A stretch of DNA of 64,000 nt from the IMG/VR virus record IMGVR_UViG_3300031787_000018, positions 1 to 64,000 of that record. One strand, written 5' to 3'. This stretch comes from an uncultured virus (IMG/VR IMGVR_UViG_3300031787_000018). Taxonomy: Duplodnaviria > Heunggongvirae > Uroviricota > Caudoviricetes. Under the pieces are notes generated by a model. The model did no database searches. It saw only the letters and a program-made list of their open reading frames with translations, and was not told the DNA's origin. A program made the position numbers and the translations under genes. How positions within the stretch are numbered: position 1 is the stretch's first letter; each line of letters opens with the position of its first letter. This document shows, in pieces, positions 1 to 10,783 of the stretch.

Positions 1-116
1 GTTTGCTTCTTATACTATTTTGTTTCTAAAAAAAGTTTTGATTTCGATAATGTATTAGCTGTAATGATTTTTATTTCATTGTGGCCAATAATAGTTTTAT
101 TTTATTTTTGTAAAAA

Positions 117-593
117 ATGTTTAAAATATTAAATTACCTACCTTCATGGTTAAAAAAGAAAAAAACAGTAAAAAATACTGAAGATAAAGATGTTAAATCT
201 TTAATCAATCTTCTAAAGAAAGAAGATAAAAAAACACCTAAAATCGAAAGATACGAATATCAAGGACACACTTATAAAATCGGTGATAAGGTTATTTGTA
301 GATCCAATGAACCACATCCATTTTGGTATGGTAAAATAGTTGAGTTTTGGGACAATAATGGTAAATGGAACACGGCAGTACCTAGGGTCAGAAATCTAAA
401 AACTGGTAAAGTTTGGGGTGTTAATGGAATTATTAAACCTTTTTCTAAAGAGTTAGTCGAAAAACTAAAAACCATGAAAGCTTTGGAACAATGGAATTAT
501 TTAGCACCTGAAGAAGCTAGGTATACAGAAAGTGAAATGAAACTTAAAGAAGAAAACTTTAAGAAAAAATCCGAATTATATAAAAAAAGTTAG
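117..593 (+). CDS. hypothetical protein
   Basis: 158-aa ORF in the dominant orientation; no recognised motif. Confidence 0.7.
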   Translation: MFKILNYLPSWLKKKKTVKNTEDKDVKSLINLLKKEDKKTPKIERYEYQGHTYKIGDKVICRSNEPHPFWYGKIVEFWDNNGKWNTAVPRVRNLKTGKVWGVNGIIKPFSKELVEKLKTMKALEQWNYLAPEEARYTESEMKLKEENFKKKSELYKKS

Positions 594-628
594 TATATTT
601 GTAATTAATTAATAAAACGGTCTATTTA

Positions 629-1006
629 TTGTTGATTACAATGTTATTTGAAGAATACGAGAAGATTTTAACAAAAGGTAAACGTGTCGAATGGCACGGA
701 ATTTCAGTACCTAAAGATTTGTTAACCCCAACAGTTCAAGCGGTTGCACAAAATATTATTGAAACAATTAATAAATTTGAATCTATAGCTGTTGATAAAG
801 ACAATAAAAAACAGTATATTTGTACACTTTGGGATAATCTTAAAAATTTACCATATAAATTAAACAATGATTTTTTTCTAATTAAAAAGAATAAAATAGA
901 AGAAAATTTAAAACAAAAACCAATTAAAGAAAGTAAAAAAGAAGAAACAACAAATAGTAAAAAACCCACCAAAAATAGTAGTTTAATATTCGGAAATAAA
1001 AAATAA
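629..1006 (+). CDS. hypothetical protein
   Basis: 125-aa ORF downstream of TATATTTG (594-601); start uncertain. Confidence 0.6.
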   Translation: MLITMLFEEYEKILTKGKRVEWHGISVPKDLLTPTVQAVAQNIIETINKFESIAVDKDNKKQYICTLWDNLKNLPYKLNNDFFLIKKNKIEENLKQKPIKESKKEETTNSKKPTKNSSLIFGNKK

Positions 1007-1016
1007 AGTTACATAT

Positions 1017-1844
1017 ATGAATAACACGACAAACATTAAAAGATTTATTGACACGTCAGAAGAAAGCATCTCTAGATACTTAAAAGACGTAAGAAAGGTT
1101 GATGTATTAACTCCTGAGGAAGAAAACAAATTAGCTTTAGAGGTACAAAATGGTAATCAAATTGCGATGGAAAAGTTAATTACGGCAAATCTTAGATTTG
1201 TCATTAGTGTGGCTAAAGAATATCAAGGGCAAGGTTTACCTTTGGTGGATTTGATATCTGAAGGTAACTTTGGTTTAATTAAGGCGGCACAAAAATTTGA
1301 CCCTAGTCGTGGATTTAGATTTATATCTTATGCGGTTTGGTGGGTTAAACAATCTATCATACAATCTTTAAATGATAACGCTAGAACTGTACGCATACCC
1401 GTTAATGTAACAAATAACGTATCTAAACTTAAAAAAGATATGGCAGCTTTTGAACAAGAACACGGTAGAAAGGCTACTGACGCTGATATGGATTTAAGTT
1501 TGTTAAACTTACCATCTTGTACGTCACTTAATGAAACTATTAATGAAGATGGTGATGAAATGTTGGATGTTATTGCTGATAACACTTTTGAATCACCTGA
1601 CGAATCTTTTCAGAAACCATCCGATATGTTAAAAGTTGAACTAGATAAAACTTTATCGGTGTTATCACCTAGAGAAAGAGTTATTATTGAACTTTACTTT
1701 GGTTTAAATGGTACACCTCTAACTTTAGAAGAAATAGGTGAGGATTATAATCTTACAAAAGAACGTATAAGACAGATTAAAGCAAAGGCTTTACGTAAAT
1801 TAAGAGATAAAAGTCAAAATTTATTTGACTTTGTACACAAATAA
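1017..1844 (+). CDS. rpoD: RNA polymerase sigma-70 factor, short Bacteroidota-type RpoD/SigA
   Basis: region 2 ANLRFVISVAKEYQGQGLPLVDLISEGNFGLIKAAQKFDPSRGFRFISYAVWW; region 4 TLEEIGEDYNLTKERIRQIKAKALRKLR. Confidence 0.95.
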   Translation: MNNTTNIKRFIDTSEESISRYLKDVRKVDVLTPEEENKLALEVQNGNQIAMEKLITANLRFVISVAKEYQGQGLPLVDLISEGNFGLIKAAQKFDPSRGFRFISYAVWWVKQSIIQSLNDNARTVRIPVNVTNNVSKLKKDMAAFEQEHGRKATDADMDLSLLNLPSCTSLNETINEDGDEMLDVIADNTFESPDESFQKPSDMLKVELDKTLSVLSPRERVIIELYFGLNGTPLTLEEIGEDYNLTKERIRQIKAKALRKLRDKSQNLFDFVHK

Positions 1845-1849
1845 AATTG

Positions 1850-1876
1850 AAACCACGGAATTCCGTGGTTTTTTTA
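1850..1876 (+). terminator. intrinsic terminator
   Basis: AAACCACGG-AATT-CCGTGGTTT followed by T-run. Confidence 0.85.
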
Positions 1877-1949
1877 TTTAATTTATACCGATATGTGTTA
1901 TTATTAATATAATAAATAATAAGATATTTATATTAAAAATTAAAATAAC

Positions 1950-2258
1950 ATGAAAACAATTACCGAATTTATTGATAAATGGGCCATCAGGGTGATGTTT
2001 CCATTGGTTATTATTGTTTTTTTTAAAACATGTAACACAAACAACAAGGTAGAAAAAACTAGAGAAGAATTAACCTTTAAAGTTGATAGTATTAACAATG
2101 TTGTTAAACAATCAGCTTCAAAACCTGAAATAGAGAAGATGATTAAGATTGAAGGTTTAAAATCTGAAAAGAGAATGATACAATCAACAGATAGAAAAAT
2201 TTTAGATGTTAATAGACAATCTGAGATTGATAAGGAGATTGAAACATTGAACAAATAA
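1950..2258 (+). CDS. hypothetical membrane-anchored coiled-coil protein
   Basis: N-terminal hydrophobic segment VMFPLVIIVFF. Confidence 0.65.
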   Translation: MKTITEFIDKWAIRVMFPLVIIVFFKTCNTNNKVEKTREELTFKVDSINNVVKQSASKPEIEKMIKIEGLKSEKRMIQSTDRKILDVNRQSEIDKEIETLNK

Positions 2259-2962
2259 TGGGTTTTAGACGTATAATTAAAGAATCTATAACAGAGTTTG
2301 AGTGGAAAAAACTCATAGGTGAGGGTTTGATAAAAACCCATAACCCAAAACAGGTTGTTGATATTTTAAATAGATTCGTTAATAAAACATTAGATGTAAA
2401 ATTACACAAAGAGGAAGATAGTGACACTTCTGGTATTATTTTAGTTTACTTTAAAGAAGATTTTAAAAAAACAAAAATAGACGAATTATTATCTTTTATG
2501 AATAATATGGGATACTATCCGGCTGGATTTTTTAGTAAAACAAATATGTTTACTAAAACGTATCAGGAGTTAGGTGATGATTTATATAGCGTAAGGTTTG
2601 AACCTAAATTTGATACAGAATATATACCGCAAGATAGATATATGTACCACATAACAGATGGTAAACATATCGAAAAAATAATGAGGATAGGGTTAACACC
2701 TAAAACTAAATCTAAAGCATTATATCACCCAGAAAGAATATATTTAACAAAGACAATCAACGATGCTTTAAACATAAAAACAATATTTAGTTTACAGAAT
2801 TTAGAGTCTGATTATGGTTTGATAGTATTGAAAATAGATTTACAAAATTTATTTATACATCTTAGGGAAGATTCACAATTTAAAGGTGGTGTTTATACAA
2901 CCGATAACATACCACCAAATCATATACAAGTGGTGGATTTAAAAAAAACAAATAATGATTAA
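2258..2962 (+). CDS. ADP-ribosyltransferase-fold protein resembling the NAD-binding C-domain of Tpt1/KptA
   Basis: YHIT...IMRIGLTPK...RIYLT...LKIDL...GGVYTTDNIPPNHI pattern. Confidence 0.6.
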   Translation: MGFRRIIKESITEFEWKKLIGEGLIKTHNPKQVVDILNRFVNKTLDVKLHKEEDSDTSGIILVYFKEDFKKTKIDELLSFMNNMGYYPAGFFSKTNMFTKTYQELGDDLYSVRFEPKFDTEYIPQDRYMYHITDGKHIEKIMRIGLTPKTKSKALYHPERIYLTKTINDALNIKTIFSLQNLESDYGLIVLKIDLQNLFIHLREDSQFKGGVYTTDNIPPNHIQVVDLKKTNND

Positions 2963-3614
2963 TTGGTTTAAAAATAACAAGAAAAGTTTAATTAGAGGAG
3001 CATTCCTAGTACCGATAATACTAGTGATGTTTATATCCATATCACACGTAGTTAGTTGGTATGATTTAGCAAACCCTTTTAAATGGGCTATATATCTATC
3101 GGTAGCTATAGAAATAGCTGCTATGAGTTCCATTGCTGCAGCATCTGTAAGAATTAAAGGTGGTGTTTGGTTGGTATTCATATTGGTGACATTGATACAG
3201 TTCATGGGTAACATATTTTTTTGTTTTAATGATATCGATGTTAACTCTAAAGAGTTTAAAAGTTGGGTGGAATTGACAGGACCGATATTTGAGTCTATTG
3301 GTTCTGATATTAAGGATATTGTTGCACAAAAAAGATGGTTAGCTTTATTAGAGGGTGGTTTACTACCTATCATATCATTAACTTCATTGCACTTCTTCAT
3401 TAGATACGGTGGTGAAGATGACACTAAGATTGAACGAATCAACCAAGCTACCGACCAAGCTACAGACCAAGTAGTTGAAGAGGTGAAAGAACCTGAAACC
3501 GTAATACAAGAAATAGTAGAAGAAATTTCTACACCAGAATCACCAACAACAATTACAACTAATGCTATAATAGACAGACCCAAAAAAAGAAATTGGTGGG
3601 GTAAAATTAGTTGA
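2955..3614 (+). CDS. multi-pass membrane protein
   Basis: about four hydrophobic helices; adjacent to an amidase-like gene. Confidence 0.7.
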   Translation: MINWFKNNKKSLIRGAFLVPIILVMFISISHVVSWYDLANPFKWAIYLSVAIEIAAMSSIAAASVRIKGGVWLVFILVTLIQFMGNIFFCFNDIDVNSKEFKSWVELTGPIFESIGSDIKDIVAQKRWLALLEGGLLPIISLTSLHFFIRYGGEDDTKIERINQATDQATDQVVEEVKEPETVIQEIVEEISTPESPTTITTNAIIDRPKKRNWWGKIS

Positions 3615-4213
3615 AAATGATAAATAAAACAACATATCAATTACCAGAAGAAAATTATTATAAAGATATCTTCGATAAGACACAAATAATAATTGGCCAT
3701 ACGTATAGAAATAATATGAAACATTATGGTAGTTGGGTATATAGATTAAATGGTAAAAATAAAAAAACAGCAACATTTACCATAACCAAAGAAGGTAAAA
3801 TATTCCAACATTATGATCCTAAATATTACTCAGACTTTACAAATAATAACCAAGACAAAGCCTCCATATCTATAGTATTAGAAAATTTGGGTTGGTTAAA
3901 AAAAGATGGTATAATTAATCGTTATGTAGATTGGTTAGGTAATACACATAGAAAAGAAGAAGATGAAATTTTAAGTAAACGTTGGCGAAATCATAATTAT
4001 TGGGACAAATACAGTCAAGAACAATTATCGGCATTAAAAATTATCATAAATAAATTGTGTGAAGAATATAATATACCAAAAAATTTTATTGGCCACAATG
4101 TTTATGATGAAAATGTGGATCTTTATAAAGGAATAACATTTAGAAGTAACTATAGTCAGGAATCAACAGACGTTAGTCCTGCTTTTGATATGGAATTATT
4201 AAAAAACTTGTAA
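3611..4213 (+). CDS. N-acetylmuramoyl-L-alanine amidase-like protein, catalytic residues look partly degenerate
   Basis: QIIIGHT, FTITKEGKIFQHYD, YSQEQLSALKIIINKLCEEYNIP, TDVSPAFD. Confidence 0.6.
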   Translation: MKMINKTTYQLPEENYYKDIFDKTQIIIGHTYRNNMKHYGSWVYRLNGKNKKTATFTITKEGKIFQHYDPKYYSDFTNNNQDKASISIVLENLGWLKKDGIINRYVDWLGNTHRKEEDEILSKRWRNHNYWDKYSQEQLSALKIIINKLCEEYNIPKNFIGHNVYDENVDLYKGITFRSNYSQESTDVSPAFDMELLKNL

Positions 4214-4214
4214 A

Positions 4215-4760
4215 ATGAAGAAAAAAGACGATATCAGAGACCTTTTAGGTAAGATTAGAAAATTACAAAATGAAAATCACCAAATCACAACTTTAAATTC
4301 TGATGATATTAGAAAAAGATTAGATGAGTCTAAATCACCTGTAAATAAATTAATTTTATTAAAAGAGGAAGAAGTACAAAACGTTACATCTGATGAACAA
4401 AGAGAAGAAGAAAATAAATTTAAAGATGTTGTGTCTAAATTGGTCAAGTTTGATGAAATTCAAGTTTATAGACAAAATGTAACTTGGGGTGGTTTTTTAG
4501 TTCGTGAAAAAATTAGATGGACATTTTCTCTAGACGAAAATAACGGTTGTTATATAAGTACGGAAAGTTTGGATATGCTACAACTAACAACTGAAGTTAT
4601 TGAATTACTTAAAAAACTTCGTGGTTATTATGAAGTATGGTCGGATGAATGGTCAAGTAGGCTAACAGGTTCACCTAAAGAAGGTGGAGAAGGGGAAGGT
4701 TCTGCAGCACCAGAAGGTGGAGAAACTGCAGCTGAAACAACAGGTGGTTTTGGTGTTTAA
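4215..4760 (+). CDS. hypothetical protein
   Basis: 181-aa ORF in operon. Confidence 0.7.
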   Translation: MKKKDDIRDLLGKIRKLQNENHQITTLNSDDIRKRLDESKSPVNKLILLKEEEVQNVTSDEQREEENKFKDVVSKLVKFDEIQVYRQNVTWGGFLVREKIRWTFSLDENNGCYISTESLDMLQLTTEVIELLKKLRGYYEVWSDEWSSRLTGSPKEGGEGEGSAAPEGGETAAETTGGFGV

Positions 4761-5557
4761 TGGAAAAGAAAGATAAATTTTATGTGGTGTTAATGGCTAT
4801 TATGATATTGGTCATTTTATTTTTAAGTTGGCGTATCGGTAATTTAAAAGTTGGTAATTCTGATGGTATTGATGAACTTAGAAAAACCATAATACAAAAC
4901 GATTCACTAACTAAAATAAAAGAAGGTCAGTATACTAAATTAGTTGATTATTATAATTCAGAAAAAGAATTAAAAGAAGAACTTAAAAAATCTAATCGAG
5001 ATTTATATAACACATTAAAAAAACAAGATGAAAAAATATTAAGTTTAACTAAAGTTGTTATTTCATTAAAAGATACTGTTGTACAAGGTTTTGGTAAATT
5101 TAATCCCAATGACACAAATTTAATTGATTTAAATTTAAAATATCCAGTAAGTGATGAAAAACCTTTTATATTTTGGAATGGTTTTGTTAATAAAAAAACA
5201 GCCTTTTATAAGGGTAATTGGGAGTTTAATACCTTACCAATTCAAATTGTATTGACAGAAGAAAAAAGAGGTTTGTGGAAAACAAATGTTGTTGGACCAA
5301 AATGGTTTAAATTGGATTCCCTAACAATTAAAAGTTTACCACCAGAAGATTTCCCCCAAAAAATAGAAAGAAATATTCAGTTTTTATTAGGTGGAATGTA
5401 TAATTCAAATATTGTACCAATGGTACCTAGAGCTATTGGATTTGGTGGTGGTGTTAGTTTTAAGAATCAACATAATTTAATTATGAACGTAAATTCTGAC
5501 CAATCATTTAGTTTAGGTTATTATTATAAATTTAAAACATTCAAAAAGAATAAGTAG
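4760..5557 (+). CDS. hypothetical membrane-anchored protein
   Basis: N-terminal TM helix, coiled coil, beta-rich C-terminus. Confidence 0.7.
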   Translation: MEKKDKFYVVLMAIMILVILFLSWRIGNLKVGNSDGIDELRKTIIQNDSLTKIKEGQYTKLVDYYNSEKELKEELKKSNRDLYNTLKKQDEKILSLTKVVISLKDTVVQGFGKFNPNDTNLIDLNLKYPVSDEKPFIFWNGFVNKKTAFYKGNWEFNTLPIQIVLTEEKRGLWKTNVVGPKWFKLDSLTIKSLPPEDFPQKIERNIQFLLGGMYNSNIVPMVPRAIGFGGGVSFKNQHNLIMNVNSDQSFSLGYYYKFKTFKKNK

Positions 5558-5558
5558 T

Positions 5559-5873
5559 ATGAGTCAACAAATTAATAGATTATTAGAAGAAATAAAAGAA
5601 AATAATGACAAAAAAGTTATTTTATATACAATGTCACATTGTCCTGCGTGTAAAGAATTGAAAGAAAAATTAGATCACGTTGGTATCTACTATGAAAATG
5701 TTGAAATGGAAGGTAATGACAAAGTATGGTCGGAAATTAAATCTGAAGGTGGTGCTGACTATGTACCACAAGTTAGAGTTTCAAGTAAACTTATACACGA
5801 ATTTGATGAAATTAATGATTTAATCGGTATGGTAATTAGTGAAATGATTGGCCGTAAAATTATTATAAAATAA
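5559..5873 (+). CDS. glutaredoxin-like protein
   Basis: ILYTMSHCPACKELKEKL and YVPQV (CxxC plus cis-Pro motif). Confidence 0.85.
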   Translation: MSQQINRLLEEIKENNDKKVILYTMSHCPACKELKEKLDHVGIYYENVEMEGNDKVWSEIKSEGGADYVPQVRVSSKLIHEFDEINDLIGMVISEMIGRKIIIK

Positions 5874-5883
5874 TTTTTAAGAT

Positions 5884-5910
5884 AAAACCACCATGTTAGG
5901 TGGTTTTTTT
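5884..5910 (+). terminator. intrinsic terminator
   Basis: AAAACCACC-ATGTTA-GGTGGTTTT followed by T-run. Confidence 0.8.
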
Positions 5911-5975
5911 ATGCTCTTTTGATATTTATAGAAAAATGTATTTGTACAAATAACAATAAATTAAAAAATTAAAAA

Positions 5976-6137
5976 ATGGCTAAAAAAGTATTACGTTACA
6001 CAGAAGAACAGTTTATAACACTTCTTGAAAACATTGTAAAAAAAGTTAAAGCTGAAGAAACTTTAAACGAATCAGTAGATCCTAACAGAAATGCCAGAAG
6101 ACAAAATTTAAACGAAAGATTTAAAAAACTAAAATAA
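5976..6137 (+). CDS. small hypothetical protein (53 aa, not in ORF track)
   Basis: MAKKVLRYTEEQFITLLENIVKKV...; A-rich leader; ATATTTAT at 5922. Confidence 0.65.
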   Translation: MAKKVLRYTEEQFITLLENIVKKVKAEETLNESVDPNRNARRQNLNERFKKLK

Positions 6138-6141
6138 TCCA

Positions 6142-6426
6142 ATGAGTAATAATAATATAAAAAGGATTATTAAGGAGGAGTTAAACAAATCTGATGAGGC
6201 TAAAATTAAAAAAATAGCTAAGGATGAGTTTGACAAACTAATTGGTAAACATTTAAAAAGTGAAGATCTTGAAAAAAAGGTTAAAGAATTAGTTCTTAAA
6301 CATATCAAGAAAGATAAACCAACACAAAAAGAAGTGGCTAATATCACCAAAGAAGTGTTAGTTAAACTATACAAAACACTTTGGACTAGGAATAATTTTT
6401 GGAGTAACGGTTTAGAAAATATCTAA
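6142..6426 (+). CDS. hypothetical protein with N-terminal IKRIIKE motif
   Basis: ORF; motif shared with many genes in the window. Confidence 0.7.
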   Translation: MSNNNIKRIIKEELNKSDEAKIKKIAKDEFDKLIGKHLKSEDLEKKVKELVLKHIKKDKPTQKEVANITKEVLVKLYKTLWTRNNFWSNGLENI

Positions 6427-8342
6427 TGGTACAAAAAGATCCAAACGCAAAAGAAGGAATGAGAGTTAGGGTTCTATCTATGGTAGATGACCCTAACCCA
6501 GTACTTGCAGGTACAGAAGGCACTATTGTTTTAATAGATGATATGGGTACATTACATGTTAAATGGGATGATGGTAGAAGATTAGGTTTAATACCTGGTA
6601 TTGATAGGTATGTCTTAGAACCTGAAGAATTTTCTAATTTAATGGACGATGCTTTTAGTACAATAGATGAGGCAGATTCTGGTAAAAATGCCATAAATAC
6701 ATCTATAAATCAAACCCCATCAAACATTAAAAAATCTATGCCAAGTATGCCAAGTTTGTCAAAAAGTAATGTTACCAAAAATTTTAAAACAGCTAACATT
6801 AAAGATGTTAAGGTTGAGTCTAATGAAATTAAAGGTGGTAAGGCCGATAAATTAAGTATTAAAGATTTGGCTAAAAAACATAAAGTTTCTATAGAAGATA
6901 TTAAAAAAGAAATTAAGATTGGTGTAAAGATTGAGAAGGAACATGTTGGTAATGATGTTAACAAGGCTAAAGAAATAGCTATGGATCATATATCAGAGTT
7001 CTCAGACTATTACTCCAACAAAAGATATGGTGTGTTAGCATCGGAAAAAGGTCTTAAAAAATCTAAAAAGAAAAAGGTTAATGAAAATCATGAACCATTG
7101 TATTTGTTAGACGCAATGACCGCTTGGATGGCGTACAGAGGTTATAAAGAATATGGGCTCAAGGGGATGATTAAAAATCTCGGAAATAACCTAAAAGAAA
7201 TCATGAAAGACTTTATTGAATATTCAACAACTGTTTATGGTACACCAGTAACTAAAGATATGACAGAGTATCAATTTAAAGAGTTATTAAAAAAATTTAA
7301 ATCGGATAAAACTGATTATATGACATCGACTGCTGGAGGTGTATCCACAGGGGCTTATACTGGTAATGCTTGGGGTTCAGGACCTTTAACCAAAAGTAAA
7401 TCAGTTGCCAAACCTGGCCCATTAAAAGAAATGACATATACACCCGACGATGATATTAGTGATACTAGTGCTGAAGCTTGGGCTGATAAAAATAAAGATG
7501 GATGGAAGTGGAATGATACCCCTTTATGGGAAGAAGGTGAAATTATCGATCCTTTGGCTAAGATAAAAACATCATGGGATGATGACAATTTGGACATCTC
7601 CAAAGATTGGGATAAAGTTCAAAAGAAAAAAAATCTTAAAAAAGAAGATGTATTAAAGATGGTCGGTATGAGACTTATAGAATCTAAATATAAAATTGTT
7701 AATGATAAGAGTTTAGATAGTATTAAAGATAATTTTAAACCACCAAGAACAGAAGATGAGGAAGAACCAATAGAAGAGACAACAACATTTGGTTCTGTTT
7801 GGGGACCTAATGGACCTCCTGTTGGGCCGGCTTTCGCGGCAAAACAAGGTCAATGGAGAGCAGGAAAAAACCCAATATGGAAAGGTGGTAAAATAGTTCA
7901 AAAAGTTAATAATTCTGGTGTTTTAAACCCTATTACTGAAAATAAAATAGAAGTAGGTGATATGGTAAAAATTAAAAAAGAATACGGTGGTGGTACGGGT
8001 GAAGTTGTTGACATTAAGAAATCATTTGTTGTTGTAAAAACAAAAGACGGTAATAAGTCATACCACATGTCTGATTTAATTACAGAAGCTAATAAGGTTA
8101 AATACAATCCTGATGGTCAAATAGTACAGATAAAAAAGAAGTGTACCAAATACCCTTATTGTAGTCAAGGGGCTATAGACAAACCTTTAAAAATATCAAG
8201 TTCAGTTAGTCAACCAGGGACTTATGTAGAAACAGAGTTATCTAACGAGACAATAAAGAACATACATGAAATATCCAAACAAATTGGTAGACCTTTTATA
8301 GAGGTTTATAATTTGGTTAAAGAAAAATTGGGTGATTATTAA
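6426..8342 (+). CDS. multidomain hypothetical protein (DUF4314-like N-terminus, DUF5661-like segment, KOW-like segment)
   Basis: GTEGTIVLIDDMGTLHVKWDDGRRLGLIPGID; GVKIEKEH...AKEIAMDHISEFSDYY; IEVGDMVKIK. Confidence 0.6.
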   Translation: MVQKDPNAKEGMRVRVLSMVDDPNPVLAGTEGTIVLIDDMGTLHVKWDDGRRLGLIPGIDRYVLEPEEFSNLMDDAFSTIDEADSGKNAINTSINQTPSNIKKSMPSMPSLSKSNVTKNFKTANIKDVKVESNEIKGGKADKLSIKDLAKKHKVSIEDIKKEIKIGVKIEKEHVGNDVNKAKEIAMDHISEFSDYYSNKRYGVLASEKGLKKSKKKKVNENHEPLYLLDAMTAWMAYRGYKEYGLKGMIKNLGNNLKEIMKDFIEYSTTVYGTPVTKDMTEYQFKELLKKFKSDKTDYMTSTAGGVSTGAYTGNAWGSGPLTKSKSVAKPGPLKEMTYTPDDDISDTSAEAWADKNKDGWKWNDTPLWEEGEIIDPLAKIKTSWDDDNLDISKDWDKVQKKKNLKKEDVLKMVGMRLIESKYKIVNDKSLDSIKDNFKPPRTEDEEEPIEETTTFGSVWGPNGPPVGPAFAAKQGQWRAGKNPIWKGGKIVQKVNNSGVLNPITENKIEVGDMVKIKKEYGGGTGEVVDIKKSFVVVKTKDGNKSYHMSDLITEANKVKYNPDGQIVQIKKKCTKYPYCSQGAIDKPLKISSSVSQPGTYVETELSNETIKNIHEISKQIGRPFIEVYNLVKEKLGDY

Positions 8343-8375
8343 CATAAATAGCATATTTATAATAAAAACAAAAAC

Positions 8376-9332
8376 ATGTCAAATATTAATAAACTAATAA
8401 AGAAAGGTCTTAACAAATTATTGGAGACAAAAGGTTTTGAAGAAATGGAATTTGCTTTTGGTACTAAAAAAAATTCCGAATTATCACAAGAGGAAAAAAA
8501 CCAATTTGGTCCCATGGGTAATTTAAAAGACCAAAAAGGTGGTAATATCACAACTCAAGAAGTTAATGGTTTAAAAGTGGTAAACAAAACCAATAAAACA
8601 AATGATAGTGACGCTCAAGCATATTATAAAGAAGTGGCTAAAAAAGTTAAAGACTATCAAACACCAAACGATAAAGAAAAGTTTGATGCACCTAAAGTAG
8701 ATACTAATACAAATGTTGAAGATGAGAGACTTGAGATAACTGGTTATGATGTTGGTGTTTCTGGTTTAGAAGTTACAGCCGATTTAGCTGCTGAAAAAGG
8801 TGGTTCAGAAGGGGTTAAAGCCAAATATAAAGAAAGGATTAAATCTGATGATCCTACGGCAGAGAAAATGATGAAGAACGCTAAGAAAACAAATGATTTA
8901 AAATATAAAAAAGAAGCAAATAACACAAGACCTGTAAAGGCACAAAAATCACCACAACCAATGGGAGAAAATGTGGAATATAGAGGTGTTGATGCTAAGA
9001 ACATCTTTAAAGCTAACGGTAAGTTAATATCAGAAGAACAAGTTTTAAAATTAGCAAATAAAGTACCATCTAGGATTAAAATAGATGAAACAACTTTTGC
9101 TATTACTGACGGTGAAAACACGTATAGACTTATATGGGAAGGTGATGATAAAAACGGTGAGGCAATCATTACAAACCATAAAAACAGTACATTAGTAAAA
9201 GAAGATATTGAAAAAATGAAGAAACTTTGGGGTTTTAAATCTAATAATTCTATATCCACTAAGAAAAACATTACCGAATCTGGTGAAGACGCATTTAAAA
9301 GAATGTTTAAAAAAATAAAAGAAGATAAATAA
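8376..9332 (+). CDS. hypothetical protein
   Basis: 318-aa ORF after ATATTTAT (8353); terminator at 9341-9365. Confidence 0.75.
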   Translation: MSNINKLIKKGLNKLLETKGFEEMEFAFGTKKNSELSQEEKNQFGPMGNLKDQKGGNITTQEVNGLKVVNKTNKTNDSDAQAYYKEVAKKVKDYQTPNDKEKFDAPKVDTNTNVEDERLEITGYDVGVSGLEVTADLAAEKGGSEGVKAKYKERIKSDDPTAEKMMKNAKKTNDLKYKKEANNTRPVKAQKSPQPMGENVEYRGVDAKNIFKANGKLISEEQVLKLANKVPSRIKIDETTFAITDGENTYRLIWEGDDKNGEAIITNHKNSTLVKEDIEKMKKLWGFKSNNSISTKKNITESGEDAFKRMFKKIKEDK

Positions 9333-9416
9333 TAAAAATTAACCCCTCTTCGTGAGGGGTTTTTTATGCTTAACAATATTTATATATAAAATAATAGATT
9401 TTAAAAACAAAATTAT

Positions 9417-9959
9417 ATGAAACCAGGTTATATTTCAGAATACGTAACACTCAAAGAAGTTACTTATAGTGATACAGCAGCAAGAAAAGGTATTGATAAC
9501 ACACCTTCACCAGAACAAATGAAACTAATTGAAGCCGCGGCCGTTAATGTTTTTGATAAATTAAGAGAGTGGGTTGGTGGCCCTATCAAAATCAACAGTG
9601 TGTTCCGTGGTGATAAATTAAATAAAGCTATAGGGGGTAGTAAAACATCACAGCATTGTGTTGGATTAGATCCTAAAACTTCTAGTTATGGGGCGGCTTT
9701 CGATGTGGACGATGATTACTTCCAAAAAAAATTTACAACTAAAAACAACAATGACATGTTTCATTACATCAAGGATAAATTAGATTTCGATCAATTAATA
9801 TGGGAATTCGGCAGTAAATCAAATCCTGATTGGGTTCATTTTAGTTATAGACCTGATGGTAAAAATAGAAAACAAGTTCTCATAGCTGTTAAGAAAGAAG
9901 GTAAAACAGTTTACTTACCATATAAAGGAAATGAAAATTTAACCGGCTCAATTAAATGA
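9417..9959 (+). CDS. peptidase M15A family protein (endolysin-like)
   Basis: PIKINSVFRGDKLNKAIGGSKTSQHC...AAFD...FDQLIWE...WVHFSY. Confidence 0.9.
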   Translation: MKPGYISEYVTLKEVTYSDTAARKGIDNTPSPEQMKLIEAAAVNVFDKLREWVGGPIKINSVFRGDKLNKAIGGSKTSQHCVGLDPKTSSYGAAFDVDDDYFQKKFTTKNNNDMFHYIKDKLDFDQLIWEFGSKSNPDWVHFSYRPDGKNRKQVLIAVKKEGKTVYLPYKGNENLTGSIK

Positions 9960-10014
9960 TAAATCAATTTTAAAATCTATTTAATTTAAAAACTATTGGT
10001 TTATATTATAAATT

Positions 10015-10479
10015 ATGAAAGGGAAAACACAGGCCATAGATTTTATAGAATACATTTCAAAACCTATGAATAAAGAAGATATTTCTTTAATGTATAAGAT
10101 TAATAATATAACCCCTGAGAGAACAGGTTTATATTTAGATTTTACACAAACAATATATCAAACCATAATTTCAACCTATTTGGGCGATGAAGTGATGGAC
10201 AATAAATCAATTAAAGAACATTTTGATTGGTGTTGGAACAAAACCGTAAATTCGTTTAAAAAAGAAGAAATATTTTTCGATAGTAATGAATTATACAATT
10301 ATTTTTATACCTTATTTTTAGAATCTTTTTATTCAGAAAATGATAAATCAGATTTAAATGTAAATAAATTGTTAGAGTTTTGGTTAGATATATTTAACTT
10401 TTCAAAAACCAAAACACGTTCAGAGCTAGAGGCTTTCATAGATTTATATAAACTTTTTGATAAATCTTTACTTAATTAG
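10015..10479 (+). CDS. hypothetical protein
   Basis: 154-aa ORF. Confidence 0.7.
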   Translation: MKGKTQAIDFIEYISKPMNKEDISLMYKINNITPERTGLYLDFTQTIYQTIISTYLGDEVMDNKSIKEHFDWCWNKTVNSFKKEEIFFDSNELYNYFYTLFLESFYSENDKSDLNVNKLLEFWLDIFNFSKTKTRSELEAFIDLYKLFDKSLLN

Positions 10480-10529
10480 TATTTAGTTTTTAATTAAAAC
10501 ACTTAAAATTTAATAAAAAATAATGTTTC

Positions 10530-10757
10530 ATGGATAAAAGAGTTACTGATGTTATATCCAATAAATACATCACCAAAAAAATAGAGATTGAACTTGAGTT
10601 GGAAAAATTGATTAACAACTCTTACAATATTTCCATAGAAGAATCCGTGGAAAGAATAATAAATAACGTATCAAAGTTAAGGTCTACTGTAAATGACATC
10701 CAAATGTGGGAAACTATAGTACAACAATTGTTACCACAAAATCCTGAAAAGGAATAA
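10530..10757 (+). CDS. hypothetical protein
   Basis: 75-aa ORF. Confidence 0.6.
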   Translation: MDKRVTDVISNKYITKKIEIELELEKLINNSYNISIEESVERIINNVSKLRSTVNDIQMWETIVQQLLPQNPEKE

Positions 10758-10783
10758 TAATAAATAAAATAAATAAAAAACAA

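Noticed and set aside
8744..9376. Long antisense ORFs such as 8744..9376, 2939..3640 and 16493..17002
   Set aside because: Shadows of well-supported genes on the opposite strand, with F/S/L-rich composition typical of antisense AT-rich DNA.
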